Below, in pieces: positions 19,994-30,452 of a DNA stretch of 64,000 bases. Position 1 is the stretch's first letter. Every line of letters begins with the position of its first letter. Origin of the DNA: Candidatus Woesearchaeota archaeon (GTDB lineage: Archaea > Nanobdellota > Nanobdellia > Woesearchaeales > JACPBO01); contig JAUSCS010000006.1 of NCBI GenBank assembly GCA_030651135.1, positions 650,160 through 714,159 on the forward strand, written 5' to 3'. The translations under genes were made by a program, and so were the position numbers. The notes under the pieces were generated by a model, which was not told the origin of the DNA, ran no database searches, and worked only from the letters and a program-made list of their open reading frames with translations.

Positions 19994-20695
19994 ATGCAGC
20001 TCGATTATTTGGTGAAGCCATCTAAATCAAACGACAGAAGCTTTGTTCTGTCTAATTCCAGCAAAAAAGACATAAGGGAAAGGATCAGGAAGTCGAGCTA
20101 TGTTGTTTCAGACCTTGATTACACACTCATAGATTCCCCGACACTCGGCCTTGTTGTGCGCAGGTTTTTTGAAGGCGGCTTCCTGGATATAAGGCAGGAT
20201 ATCTGGGCCGTTAAAGCAGTCTTTCAGTATCTTCTGCACGGAAAAAATGCAGCTCCCCCGATGTGGAGCGAATATCGCGATAAATTCAAATGCGAGTTCA
20301 GGCATTACATTGAGTCCCACAAGCCAGCTCTTTCTTTCTATCCCGGAGTTCAGGAATTTTTCAGATCATTGCCAGAAACAACTGAAAAGATGATGGTCAC
20401 AAGAACATTTCACGAAATAGCAAAGCCTTTTGCAGACTGCCTTGGCTTTGGCGAATGCCATTCTTTTGAAGATGACAAGGTGCTGCCTTTTTTAGAAGGA
20501 ATAATCCACAGCAGCTATGATGTGCTCATAGGCGATTCAAAAGAAGATGAAAACATTGTAACTGCATTAAAAAAGAGGAGCACCCATCCTTTAACAATCT
20601 ATGTTGCAAGCTCGCCAAATAGAATAAATGAGAATTTTGAGATAAACATCGGAAGGGATTACAGGGGATTGAACAAAATAATAAATTCTGATTAA
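19994..20695 (+). CDS. HAD-superfamily hypothetical protein
   Basis: SDLDYTL motif I and IGDS..D motif IV. Confidence 0.6.
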   Translation: MQLDYLVKPSKSNDRSFVLSNSSKKDIRERIRKSSYVVSDLDYTLIDSPTLGLVVRRFFEGGFLDIRQDIWAVKAVFQYLLHGKNAAPPMWSEYRDKFKCEFRHYIESHKPALSFYPGVQEFFRSLPETTEKMMVTRTFHEIAKPFADCLGFGECHSFEDDKVLPFLEGIIHSSYDVLIGDSKEDENIVTALKKRSTHPLTIYVASSPNRINENFEINIGRDYRGLNKIINSD

Positions 20696-20738
20696 TAACC
20701 TTTAAATATGCCTTAAACATAAGCCGGCTTAGGTTAAC

Positions 20739-21275
20739 ATGGATCTGGAAAAATACAGCGAACTGAAAAAAGCCTATGACGCGTATGGAAACTCTCTCTT
20801 AAAGCATGGCAAGCTTCTTTACAAGGACACGGAAAAAGGGATCTGGGGCATCACACCTTGCGAAGATATATTCAATCTTTTCATTAAGATCAACTTAGAA
20901 AAATACAAAACATTCCTTGATATCGGAAGCGGCGATGGAAGGGCAGTTTTAACAGCAGCATTGTTCGGCATTAATACAGTTGGCATTGAAATTGATGACG
21001 AGCTGATAAAGGTTTCAAATGAAATAAAAAATAAATTAAAAATAAAAAATGCCGTATTCTTAAAAAAGGATTTCTTTGGCGAGGATTTCTCAAAATATGA
21101 TGTTCTATTCATTAATCCGGACAAAGGATTTCATCTCGGGCTGGAGGATAAACTGATAAAAGAGTTAAAAGGAAGATTATTTGTTTATAATCGAATATTC
21201 GTGCCAAGGTTTTTAAAAAAGACAAGAATGATATGGGTTGGGCAGATGCCCATAATAGAATACACAAAATGCTAA
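20739..21275 (+). CDS. Class I SAM-dependent methyltransferase
   Basis: FLDIGSGDGR, GIEID. Confidence 0.85.
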   Translation: MDLEKYSELKKAYDAYGNSLLKHGKLLYKDTEKGIWGITPCEDIFNLFIKINLEKYKTFLDIGSGDGRAVLTAALFGINTVGIEIDDELIKVSNEIKNKLKIKNAVFLKKDFFGEDFSKYDVLFINPDKGFHLGLEDKLIKELKGRLFVYNRIFVPRFLKKTRMIWVGQMPIIEYTKC

Positions 21276-21892
21276 AAATAAAAGCAGTAATATTTGACTT
21301 TGACGGCGTTGTAATAGACTCTCGCGCAAGGGCATTTGAGGTATGGGAATTTGCATTCAAGAAATTCAAGAAAAAGGACGTAAAATTAGACAGAGATTTC
21401 TTTGAAGCAGATTATAAGGATCTGGCAAAGAAGATCAACATATCAAAAAATAATTTAAAGGAAGTGGAAAAATTATTTTTTCATTCCAAAACCCCGGTTT
21501 ATCTTTTCAAAGGCATTAAAAGAATTCTTAACACATTGTCAAAGAAGTATAAGCTGGCATTGGTCTCCAACAATCCTCCAAATAGATTGAAGCAATATGG
21601 CATATTTAATTATTTTAAAGCGGTTATTGGAATAAGAAGCGGCATCAGGCTAAAGCCTCACCCGGACATGATTCATTTGGCTTTAAAAAAATTAGGAGCA
21701 AGGCCTGAAGAAGCGATGTTTATTGGCGACATGGAAGGCGACATTCTTGCCGGCAAAGCTGCAGGTGTATTCGTCATAGGCGCATCATACGGATTCCATA
21801 CGCATGTCAGGCTGAAGGGCGCAGATGTGATTATTGATTCGCAAAATGATATAATTCCCACAATAAGAAAAATAGAAAAAGGGCTGCTTTAA
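21269..21892 (+). CDS. HAD-IA hydrolase (Gph-like)
   Basis: IFDFDGVVIDS, VSN, KPHP, FIGDMEGD. Confidence 0.88.
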   Translation: MLKIKAVIFDFDGVVIDSRARAFEVWEFAFKKFKKKDVKLDRDFFEADYKDLAKKINISKNNLKEVEKLFFHSKTPVYLFKGIKRILNTLSKKYKLALVSNNPPNRLKQYGIFNYFKAVIGIRSGIRLKPHPDMIHLALKKLGARPEEAMFIGDMEGDILAGKAAGVFVIGASYGFHTHVRLKGADVIIDSQNDIIPTIRKIEKGLL

Positions 21893-21942
21893 TTGTAGAA
21901 AAGAGCTAAAAAATGCAAAGCGCATTAAAAAAATTTCTTTGG

Positions 21943-22395
21943 CTAGGATTTGTAAAGTGCGCGATATGATTTAAAAGCCTTCAATGCTATATTTCTGACA
22001 TCAGCAGGAATGTGCTCTTGATTTAACTCTTCAACAGAAAACCACGCAGAATTTTTAAGTTCAGACTTGTTAACTATCATTTTTTCTGGATTTTTAGTTT
22101 TGCATAAATAAAAGAAACAGCAATGGTCGTGATCTCCTACTCTGTGAACATTTGCATAAAAAGGAACAGCCAACTGCTTTACAATGTTGCCTCCCATTGG
22201 AATGTCATTTCTGTTCAGGATTTCCACATCCAAACCCAGTTCTTCTTTGAACTCCCTTTTCACAGCATCATCCGGAGTTTCATCTTTTTCAATATGGCCG
22301 CCCGGCGGAAGCCACAAATCCAGTTTTTTGTGGTGAATTAAAAGAACTTTGTTATTGTAAAACAAAAAAGCGCCAATTACCAAATCTGTTTTCAT
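21943..22395 (-). CDS. NUDIX hydrolase
   Basis: Nudix box GGHIEKDETPDDAVKREFKEELG. Confidence 0.92.
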   Translation of the reverse strand: MKTDLVIGAFLFYNNKVLLIHHKKLDLWLPPGGHIEKDETPDDAVKREFKEELGLDVEILNRNDIPMGGNIVKQLAVPFYANVHRVGDHDHCCFFYLCKTKNPEKMIVNKSELKNSAWFSVEELNQEHIPADVRNIALKAFKSYRALYKS

Positions 22396-22531
22396 GATTG
22401 CATAATACATTAATGCATTTATAAATTTATTTAAAATATGGCTGATAAATTTTAACCATTATAAAATGAATAATAAACTTAATAAACTACGTTAAAATAA
22501 AGTTACCATCCTAGAATAGAAAGGGTGGCTT

Positions 22532-23341
22532 ATGAAGTTTGATATAAAAAAGAGGTCGAATCCGAACAAGGCAAAGTATTCTAAAGAAGAGTATGAGATA
22601 TCAGCGGAATTTGCCAAAAGAACATACAAGGAGTTTGGATCTTTTGTAAAAGCCATCATCCTTTTCGGCAGCTCTGCAAGAAAGGAAGGCGAAGCCAAGG
22701 CTGATGTTGATGTTCTGATGATTGTTGATGATGTGAATGTGGTAATATCGCCGGAGCTGACAGACACATATAGAATAATAACAGAGAAGATCGTTTCAGA
22801 TGTCTCCACAAAGCTGCACATAACAACATTAAGGTTTACAAGCTTCTGGGAATATATAAGGGCAGGCGACCCAATTGGCATAAACATCTTAAGAGACGGA
22901 GTTTCATTGATAGACACTGGCTTTTTTGATCCAATGCAGATAATGCTCTACCAGGGCAGAATTAGGCCCAGCTTGGAATCAATATGGGTTTATTACTCAA
23001 GAGCACCTCAAACACTGTACAACTCAAAATGGCACATAATGCAGGCAACTCTTGACCTGTACTGGGCAGTCATTGATTCAAGCCATTCTGCGTTGATGTC
23101 TATCGGAGAGATTCCTCCTTCTCCAGGGCATGTTTCAGATCTTCTTGATGAAAAGATGGCCAAAAAGGGGTTGCTTAACAAGAAATATGTTTTCATAATG
23201 AAGAATTTCTATGAATTGGCAAAGAGAATAATGCACCGCGAGATAAAGGAGATTAAGGGAGAGCAGTACGACCGCTACTTCAAGGATGCGCAGGAATATG
23301 TTGAAGTGATGAAGAAGTTCATAGAGAGAAGGGAAAGATAA
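22532..23341 (+). CDS. Nucleotidyltransferase (MNT) fused to HEPN-like domain
   Basis: LFGSSAR…ADVDVLMIVDD, then a helical domain with KRIMH. Confidence 0.75.
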   Translation: MKFDIKKRSNPNKAKYSKEEYEISAEFAKRTYKEFGSFVKAIILFGSSARKEGEAKADVDVLMIVDDVNVVISPELTDTYRIITEKIVSDVSTKLHITTLRFTSFWEYIRAGDPIGINILRDGVSLIDTGFFDPMQIMLYQGRIRPSLESIWVYYSRAPQTLYNSKWHIMQATLDLYWAVIDSSHSALMSIGEIPPSPGHVSDLLDEKMAKKGLLNKKYVFIMKNFYELAKRIMHREIKEIKGEQYDRYFKDAQEYVEVMKKFIERRER

Positions 23342-23342
23342 T

Positions 23343-23768
23343 CTATTTGATCTTATCGATGAAATCTTCAATTTTTTCTATGCCCAAAACATTAAGAGGG
23401 TTAATTTCAAGTAGATGGCTGAATCTTGGTTGATATTCCTTTAATCTTTCTTCAATATTCAAAAATTTTAGGGCACAATTATAAATTTCTCTTGCCTGCT
23501 GCATGCTTCTTTGCACAGCTTGCTGCGGAAGGTCGCTTTTCATGCAGTCTACGTCATCTATTCCTATACGGGTTGTTATCTCAGGAGTTGATATAAGAAT
23601 GCTTTCAACACTGCCTTCATCTAAATTTATGATTATTCCAGATCTCTTTTCTGCAGCATAAAGATGCAAGGTCTCCATCCCAGTCCCACTTATGCTATAT
23701 TCCATGAAATTAGTAGATATATCTCCTGCTTTTATTTTAAATCCTCTCTGAGCTATTGGTTTTGGCAT
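23343..23768 (-). CDS. Hypothetical protein
   Basis: 141-aa ORF filling the intergenic space. No motif recognised. Confidence 0.6.
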   Translation of the reverse strand: MPKPIAQRGFKIKAGDISTNFMEYSISGTGMETLHLYAAEKRSGIIINLDEGSVESILISTPEITTRIGIDDVDCMKSDLPQQAVQRSMQQAREIYNCALKFLNIEERLKEYQPRFSHLLEINPLNVLGIEKIEDFIDKIK

Positions 23769-23825
23769 GGTGTTTTCTTTATTTTACATATTTAAGAAAA
23801 TTAAAAAAATAAAAATTTTAAAAAT

Positions 23826-26441
23826 CTATTTCTTCATCAGATAAACCATCAGCACAATGATCAGCAAAGCAACTATCACTATCGCGCCGATCAGGATTAT
23901 TATGAATGCTGCCGATTCTGTGAATGGCTTCTCGATTATTTCATCATCTTCGTCGCCGGAAGTTGTTGTGGTTGTTGTTGCGCCTGCTCCAGACAATTTT
24001 GTGGTTGTTATCAGTGCCTGTCCGCTTGTTATGGTGTGTAGTGTTACAGCTACATCGCTTGTTCCATCGCCATTTAGGTCAACATTTCTTGTTTCGCCGA
24101 CATTCATCGACAACACCACAGGTGTAGATGATATTGTTATTGTCGCACTAGTTGTTCCAACGCTGTTTATCGTTATTGTATGGGCTTCGTTAAGCAGGCT
24201 GAAGGCTATAACATCATTTGCTTTCACTGTAAGCACTCTTCCGCTTGTTGCTGTGAAATCAATGCTGTAGCTTTGTCCGCCTGTTGTTGTGCCAGTTGCG
24301 CAATCTTTTACAACGATATTTACTATTCTCTCATCATCAAGCTCATCGCCGTCATAATAAGCATACATCTTTAGAGGATATGTTCCTGCGCTCAGATTTG
24401 TTGCATCAATGTCATAAGTATTGCTCCATACACTGTCGCTTTCTGACAGGTCATTTTCAAGCTCGAATTTCTCCCTTGAGCTTAAGCCAAGCTGAGTATT
24501 GACAATTGTAAATTCAGCTTCATCTTCTCGGCTGGAGCCGAAGTTATAAATATGCGGAGTTATTGTTGTTATTCTGCTGCATGAAAGAGTTGTATCTTCT
24601 ATTTCAAAATCATATATTCTCATATCATGGCTTTCCTTGTCAAGCTCGACATAAACAGTCCATTCTGCAGTATGCCTTGCGCCATATTCATCATCTCCTT
24701 CAGTATAAATCACAATAGAATAGCTTCCCTCTTCAAGTTCTATTGAAACATTTCCAAAATCAAATGTTTTTGTGCCGCTTTTCTTGTTCGCTTTCAAATC
24801 AAATGATCCTGTTTCTTTTTCGACATCTTCATCATCTTCTTCTAGGCTCTCTGCTGTTATCATTATAAAGGCATCTTCTATTTTGATGTCCTCTGAACTT
24901 GTAAATGTATTCTTGACCTCGACCTCTACTTTTAATCTTGAGCCTGGTTCTAATTTATCGTCACCAGTTGCGCCATTTGAAACGCTGTCTTCTTTTCCAT
25001 CAACCAATAATCTTACGGCGTTTATTTCAAGTTTGCTTTCCGGGTTGAAGTACAATGAAGACGTTGTGTTTGCCTGGTCGCTTCTTACATATATTGTGCC
25101 GATTGAATGCGAGCCAGAATCCTCTGATAAAGGCAAAAATCCATTTACAGTCGCAGTTGTGCTTCCGCCAACAGCAAGGCTTGTGCTGTACCCTGAGAAT
25201 GTAACGTTATAGGCAGTAGATGTTGCGCTTGTTGAAACATTGATGCCTGTTACAGCATAATCCCCGTTATTGGTTATTGTGAATGATGTTGATGTTGTTG
25301 TATTTCTTGTTGTTCCTGCGAATGTCGCTGAGCTTGGCGCGCTTAATGAATAAACTGGATTTCTTACTGTTAATGTGAAAGCTGCTGTTGTATTTGTGCC
25401 TTCTGCTGATGTAACATTCATTGTTCCGGTATAAACGCCATTTGGCAAGCTTGATGTGACTCCTGTAATTGTGAATGCTATATTTGCAGTTTGAGCAGGC
25501 AATAAACTGGCTGTTGAACTAGGGCTTGCTGCAATATTTGATTTTGCAAGCATATATATGCCGTTATAAAGATCAGGCAGTCCAACAACTATGCTGCTTA
25601 TATTAAGATTGCCGCTATTTGTTATTGTAGTATTTGCAGCTGCGCTTGTTGATATGCCCCTGACCCATGTTGCAGTTGCTGCTGTTGTAGTTAATGCGCG
25701 GCTGGCTGCTAAAACAGAAACACTTAATGTTGCATTAGCTGATTTCTCTGCATTTCTGTAACCTGCGCTGATTTGACCGGAATAAGCGCCAACTGTCTGA
25801 TCCAGCGGAGCAGATACTGTTATGTTGATTATTTTGCTGCTTTGGTACGGGATTGCGAATGAGCTTGAGCTTAATGCTGCTGTTAAATTTACTCCGACTC
25901 CCGAAATTCCTCCCATTGATAATATTATATCATTGACATCTGTATTTCCGGTATTTGTAATATTGATTGATGTGAAATTTGTAGTTCCTGCTATCAGCTG
26001 CAGTGTTGCTGCTGGAACTGACAAGCTAGGCGACCCATTTACAGTTACGTTTATAGATAAAATAGCATAAGTTCCTGACATGTTGGTTGAGAAGTTCAAA
26101 GTTCCAAGATAAGACTCATTAAATGCATCGCTCGGAATAGTAAAGCTATATGAAATATTTGCAAGCTGCCCGCTTCCAATTGAAAAATTTGTAGACCTAT
26201 TATATGTTAGTGTTACATTTTCGCTGTTCCTTGGCCCGGACAATATTACTGATGCGGGCAGATTAATGCTTATGTTGTCTGTAGCATGTATGTTGGCAAG
26301 GTTTATTGTGCCTGTTACAGTATCTCCTGCATTTACAACAGTGTTGTTTAAAGAACTCGGATCAATAGTCATGCTTCCGACAGCGCTGACAAAATTAACC
26401 AAAACTAACAATAAAACTATAGGCAAAAAACTTTTATTCAT
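23826..26441 (-). CDS. Large surface/S-layer-like glycoprotein with Ig-like repeats and C-terminal TM anchor
   Basis: Signal peptide, repeated ITNxGN…G.Y.G modules, many NxS/T sequons, DLNGDGTSD, Thr linker, TM-KK end. GGGGGT SD. Confidence 0.8.
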   Translation of the reverse strand: MNKSFLPIVLLLVLVNFVSAVGSMTIDPSSLNNTVVNAGDTVTGTINLANIHATDNISINLPASVILSGPRNSENVTLTYNRSTNFSIGSGQLANISYSFTIPSDAFNESYLGTLNFSTNMSGTYAILSINVTVNGSPSLSVPAATLQLIAGTTNFTSINITNTGNTDVNDIILSMGGISGVGVNLTAALSSSSFAIPYQSSKIINITVSAPLDQTVGAYSGQISAGYRNAEKSANATLSVSVLAASRALTTTAATATWVRGISTSAAANTTITNSGNLNISSIVVGLPDLYNGIYMLAKSNIAASPSSTASLLPAQTANIAFTITGVTSSLPNGVYTGTMNVTSAEGTNTTAAFTLTVRNPVYSLSAPSSATFAGTTRNTTTSTSFTITNNGDYAVTGINVSTSATSTAYNVTFSGYSTSLAVGGSTTATVNGFLPLSEDSGSHSIGTIYVRSDQANTTSSLYFNPESKLEINAVRLLVDGKEDSVSNGATGDDKLEPGSRLKVEVEVKNTFTSSEDIKIEDAFIMITAESLEEDDEDVEKETGSFDLKANKKSGTKTFDFGNVSIELEEGSYSIVIYTEGDDEYGARHTAEWTVYVELDKESHDMRIYDFEIEDTTLSCSRITTITPHIYNFGSSREDEAEFTIVNTQLGLSSREKFELENDLSESDSVWSNTYDIDATNLSAGTYPLKMYAYYDGDELDDERIVNIVVKDCATGTTTGGQSYSIDFTATSGRVLTVKANDVIAFSLLNEAHTITINSVGTTSATITISSTPVVLSMNVGETRNVDLNGDGTSDVAVTLHTITSGQALITTTKLSGAGATTTTTTSGDEDDEIIEKPFTESAAFIIILIGAIVIVALLIIVLMVYLMKK

Positions 26442-26570
26442 TTTAGCTACCCCCACATATATTGTTGAATATCTATATCTATAAAGTATTAATTCGAGAA
26501 TAGTAACACTTCATATATAAAGATTATTGTTTTGTGAAATATATTTCGTAGAATATACTGATGAACGCTA

Positions 26571-27239
26571 TTATTCATCGAAATCTTCGTTTTGCTCCTC
26601 TGCTTCTTTAGTTTCTGCCGCCTCTTCAGGTTCTTCATCAAACTGCTCTGCTTCATATTCTTTAGCAGGCTCTTCCCCGGAACTTTCTTCAACTTGTTCA
26701 GTTTGCTCAGAAATTTCAGTTTCTTGAGGTTCAGCAATTTGCTCTGCTTCACTTTGTTCTTCTGTTTTCTCGGCCTCTGATTCTTCTGCCAATTCCTGCT
26801 CTTCAATTATTTCGCCGCTTTCTTCAAATAATTCCTTTAAAGTTTTTTCTTTTTCCTTGGAGATGTCAAAATCCTCGAAAGTAGAAAGCGTTTCCTGCTC
26901 TTCCTTGACAGGCTCAATATCTTCTATTGAAATTGGCTCTTCTGCTAGTTCATCAATCTCAGGGTCTTTTATTAACCTTATTTTCTCTTTTTCTTCAGCC
27001 GCTTTTTCCTTATCTTCAACCCATTTTATTTTGCTAATTTCATCCTTTACTGGCTCATTTATCCTCAACTCTGCTTTCGGCGCTTCTTCTCTTTTTTCTA
27101 ATCCGGATCCAAACAATATATTCTCTGCTATCTTTGCAGCTTCTTCCATATTTACAGCAAAGCCCGTATTCTTGATAGTCTTTGCTAATTCATTCACTTT
27201 ATGAACCTGATCCAGCGTGAGTCCCATAATAGCTACCAC
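26571..27239 (-). CDS. Highly acidic hypothetical protein
   Basis: Short helical N-terminus followed by a Glu-rich low-complexity tail. Confidence 0.7.
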   Translation of the reverse strand: MVAIMGLTLDQVHKVNELAKTIKNTGFAVNMEEAAKIAENILFGSGLEKREEAPKAELRINEPVKDEISKIKWVEDKEKAAEEKEKIRLIKDPEIDELAEEPISIEDIEPVKEEQETLSTFEDFDISKEKEKTLKELFEESGEIIEEQELAEESEAEKTEEQSEAEQIAEPQETEISEQTEQVEESSGEEPAKEYEAEQFDEEPEEAAETKEAEEQNEDFDE

Positions 27240-27376
27240 TATAGAGTTCTAGTATATAATTTTTGCGGTGGTTTAACAAATTTCTCTTGGGCATGCAACA
27301 TCATAAACCATAAACTTATCACTCTGCAGTCAATAAGATAAAAAGATTTAAATATTGGCCAATAATTGCGTAGTTT

Positions 27377-29050
27377 ATGTTTTGGACAAAAAGAAAGGTA
27401 AAAACAGCATTAAACGCAGATAAGGCAGCACTAGATGAAAAACCTGTTGTTGCTTTAAAAGAAAAACCAGCAGCTGTTTTGGAAGAAAAAATAGAGCAGG
27501 CAGAAAGCAAGCCATCCAAGGCATTCAATAAGATCAAGATAGTTGAAAGATTTTTAAGTGCAGATTACTCGGCGCAGAAAGTCTGGGAGTATCTTTCCAA
27601 GAATGGCGAACTTAAAGAAATAGGTGAAACAGTGAATTATGATGGCAAAATTTCTGGATCGCCGCAGATGAAACGCTCTGAAGATAATTCGCTGTTCCCA
27701 ATAATTGCTGCGTTTAAGACGATTCTGGAAAAATCAGAGTATATTGTAAACTTTAAAACTTCTCTTTATGATGGGGGGCTTGAAGTCAGTATAGAATGTG
27801 ATTTTGACAATGTAAATCATGTAAATAATTTATTGAGCCTGGCAAAAAAAGAGAAGCAGGAAATTGTGTCCATATCCAGAAAGTACGATGACATAGAGCC
27901 CATTAGAAAGCTTTATGACATTCTCTCTGAAAATAAGTCAATGAAAATTTTTGCTTCATCAATCAATTCAACTCCGAAGATGATCATAGATGAGGAATTT
28001 GGATTACTGCCTGTAGACGCAAAGGTACAGGCAACACTTGAAGGGAATAACTATGTTTTTAATTTTCACTCATATTACAACTCGCACGAAATCATTGTTG
28101 AATGCCCGCCAGACAAAACAGATTTTGTCAAAAAGTTATTTGACAGCATAGCCATAAGGGAAACTGAAGAAGGGGAAACAGAAGTAAGGAGCCTGGATTT
28201 TTATGTTTCTGTCAAGGAATATCATTGGGACATGGTGGGCGGCCTGAAAAATGTCAGGAAAGAGCTGAAGCAGTATATAGAATGGCCGCTTGAAAATCCT
28301 GAATTATTCAGGCAGCTTGATTCTTCGATGCCAAAAGGAGTTCTTCTAATAGGCCCGCCTGGAAATGGAAAAACAACTATTGCGAAAATACTCGCGAATG
28401 AAACTAAGTCTTCTTTCTATGCAGTCTCGGCAAAGGACATAAATTCCATGTGGGTTGGCGGCACTGAGAAAAACTGGGGAAGGCTGTTTAGGCAGGCGCG
28501 GGAGGATGTCAAAGGCGGCAAATGCGTAATAATGTTCATAGATGAGATTGATGGCCTTTATACCGACAGGGAGGAAATGGACAAATACTCTAGAATTTCT
28601 TTCGGCCAATTCTGCCAGGAGATGGAGGGGATTTCGGATTTGGAAAATGTGATTGTTGTAGGTGCGACGAACAGGCACGAGGATTTGGACCCCGCCTTGA
28701 CAAGAAGATTTCCAAAAAAGATATATATCGGCAACCCGGATTCTGCTGGAAGAAAAGAAGTCTTTGATATATATACAAAGAAAAAGCCGATAGCCGACGA
28801 TTTGGATATTGGATATTTAGTTCAGGCAACAGAAGGATTTTCCGGAGCTCGCTTAAAAGACCTGTGCGATAGCGCTGCTTTTAACGCAATTAACCGCTAC
28901 TCAACAACAAAAGGAATTGAAGTAAAAGACATAAAAGGCGAGCTGATAAAAGAGATAGTTGTCGAAAAGCAGGATTTTGATCTTGCGCTAAGCGCCGAAG
29001 AGCATAATGGCGAAGAATCCGAGTTGTCTGTTGCCACACCTTCAGAATAA
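27377..29050 (+). CDS. AAA+ ATPase (single CDC48/PAN-like module, unrecognised N-terminus)
   Basis: WDMVGGL, GPPGNGKT, MFIDEID, GATNR, LDPALTRRF, TEGFSGA. Confidence 0.9.
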   Translation: MFWTKRKVKTALNADKAALDEKPVVALKEKPAAVLEEKIEQAESKPSKAFNKIKIVERFLSADYSAQKVWEYLSKNGELKEIGETVNYDGKISGSPQMKRSEDNSLFPIIAAFKTILEKSEYIVNFKTSLYDGGLEVSIECDFDNVNHVNNLLSLAKKEKQEIVSISRKYDDIEPIRKLYDILSENKSMKIFASSINSTPKMIIDEEFGLLPVDAKVQATLEGNNYVFNFHSYYNSHEIIVECPPDKTDFVKKLFDSIAIRETEEGETEVRSLDFYVSVKEYHWDMVGGLKNVRKELKQYIEWPLENPELFRQLDSSMPKGVLLIGPPGNGKTTIAKILANETKSSFYAVSAKDINSMWVGGTEKNWGRLFRQAREDVKGGKCVIMFIDEIDGLYTDREEMDKYSRISFGQFCQEMEGISDLENVIVVGATNRHEDLDPALTRRFPKKIYIGNPDSAGRKEVFDIYTKKKPIADDLDIGYLVQATEGFSGARLKDLCDSAAFNAINRYSTTKGIEVKDIKGELIKEIVVEKQDFDLALSAEEHNGEESELSVATPSE

Positions 29051-29623
29051 TTTCTTTAAAATTTCATCCCAACTTCTTGCCAGCTCGATCCCATCATTGT
29101 GCTGGAACTGCTCTGCATACCTGTCATCGCAGCCGTTCTTTAATAATATTTTTCTCATATCAGATTTCACATCGATTAAATGCATTATGTCATCATCAAT
29201 CAAAGTTCCTATGTTATTTTCCCTGCAAACATCTTCCTTGGTTTTTTTAATGCCATCAGCGGGTCTTGTCGATATTATGCAAAAAAAATATTTCAGAACC
29301 CCGTACTGCAGCAGCGTTTCTTTTGCAGATTCCACTCTTGACGGCCGCCGCATTGTAACAATGTACGGCGCGTATTTTTTAGCAAGTTCTTTGATTGCTG
29401 ATACTGCGCCATCAACAGGCGGTGTTTTTAATGTCCATTTCCTTTCATACACAACAGCATCCATTCTTTTGTGCGCCTCTTTGCCAATTGTTTTAAGCAA
29501 AGTTGTTTCATCGGTGTTCCACGGATCTACATTTATGCCTAAATTTTTCCTGATCCATAAAGCCCGCATCTTATTTGTGTCAGGAATCGTTCCGTCATAA
29601 TCAATGCCTATTGCTTCCCTCAT
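29042..29623 (-). CDS. HAD-like 5'(3')-deoxyribonucleotidase-type protein
   Basis: IGIDYDGTI, IVT.R, K, LIDD. Confidence 0.7.
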   Translation of the reverse strand: MREAIGIDYDGTIPDTNKMRALWIRKNLGINVDPWNTDETTLLKTIGKEAHKRMDAVVYERKWTLKTPPVDGAVSAIKELAKKYAPYIVTMRRPSRVESAKETLLQYGVLKYFFCIISTRPADGIKKTKEDVCRENNIGTLIDDDIMHLIDVKSDMRKILLKNGCDDRYAEQFQHNDGIELARSWDEILKKLF

Positions 29624-30411
29624 TATTGCTTAACCTCGCAGTCACCGGGCGGCATTGCAGCCATAACATCATCAAGGTTTATCCTGATCTTCGATTTGTC
29701 CTCAAGGATCTTCTTTACTTTCTTCGCACAGTCGCTTTTTTTAACGCTGCCCTGTTTTATATTTACATAAGCAATGCAGTGCTTTTTGACAGCCTCTTCA
29801 GGAGCAGCCATTATTCTGCCTTCTTTCATTATTCCAATTGATATTTTCAGCAAAGAGCTTACAAAGTTCTTTTTGCCGTATATCATGAAGGAGCCCTTTC
29901 CCATATACTCGCCGCTGGGCGTTTCCAAAGAGACCTGATCCGAATTGACACAATACGCTTCAACAGAAACAAGGTTTGTATTCCATGCCCTGGAATTGGC
30001 AGCTGTAAACTGCGCTGCCTCTTTTTTTGTCTTTTCTCCAATCTCTCTGCCATCTGCTTTTACAATAACAAAAGGAGAGCCCGGCATCTCTGTGTGAAAC
30101 ACCAAATCATCTTTATCCAAATGCTTCTTTACAATGATGTCGTTCGTAGTAGCATCCCTGCCGCCTATACAAAGAAAATCCTCAGAGCTTACAAACCACC
30201 TGAACTTTTCATACCATTCTTTTTTACGTTCAATAACTGTTTTTTCCTTTTCCTCTTTCTCAGCTTCTTTTTTTAATTTCTCCAGTTTTGCCTTTGCAAT
30301 TGCTATGGCCTCTTCTGCCCCTTTTATTTTCTTTCTTGCTTTTTTTGCTTTTTCAAAGTAATGCCCTGCATTCTGCTCTAATGACTTTTTAATGTTCAAT
30401 ATCAATTGCAT
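29623..30411 (-). CDS. NFACT RNA-binding domain (DUF814) protein, short RqcH-like form
   Basis: QNAGHYFEKAKKARKK, WYEKFRWF, GGRDATTND, FHTEMPGSP, GEYMGKGSFMIYG. Confidence 0.88.
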   Translation of the reverse strand: MQLILNIKKSLEQNAGHYFEKAKKARKKIKGAEEAIAIAKAKLEKLKKEAEKEEKEKTVIERKKEWYEKFRWFVSSEDFLCIGGRDATTNDIIVKKHLDKDDLVFHTEMPGSPFVIVKADGREIGEKTKKEAAQFTAANSRAWNTNLVSVEAYCVNSDQVSLETPSGEYMGKGSFMIYGKKNFVSSLLKISIGIMKEGRIMAAPEEAVKKHCIAYVNIKQGSVKKSDCAKKVKKILEDKSKIRINLDDVMAAMPPGDCEVKQ

Positions 30412-30452
30412 AAAAAGAAAAAGTATTGTTTTAGTATAAAAATGTTGTTGAT

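Noticed and set aside
26489-26806. Lys-rich alternative-frame ORF overlapping the acidic protein
   Set aside because: It is a frame-shifted reading of Glu-rich low-complexity codons.
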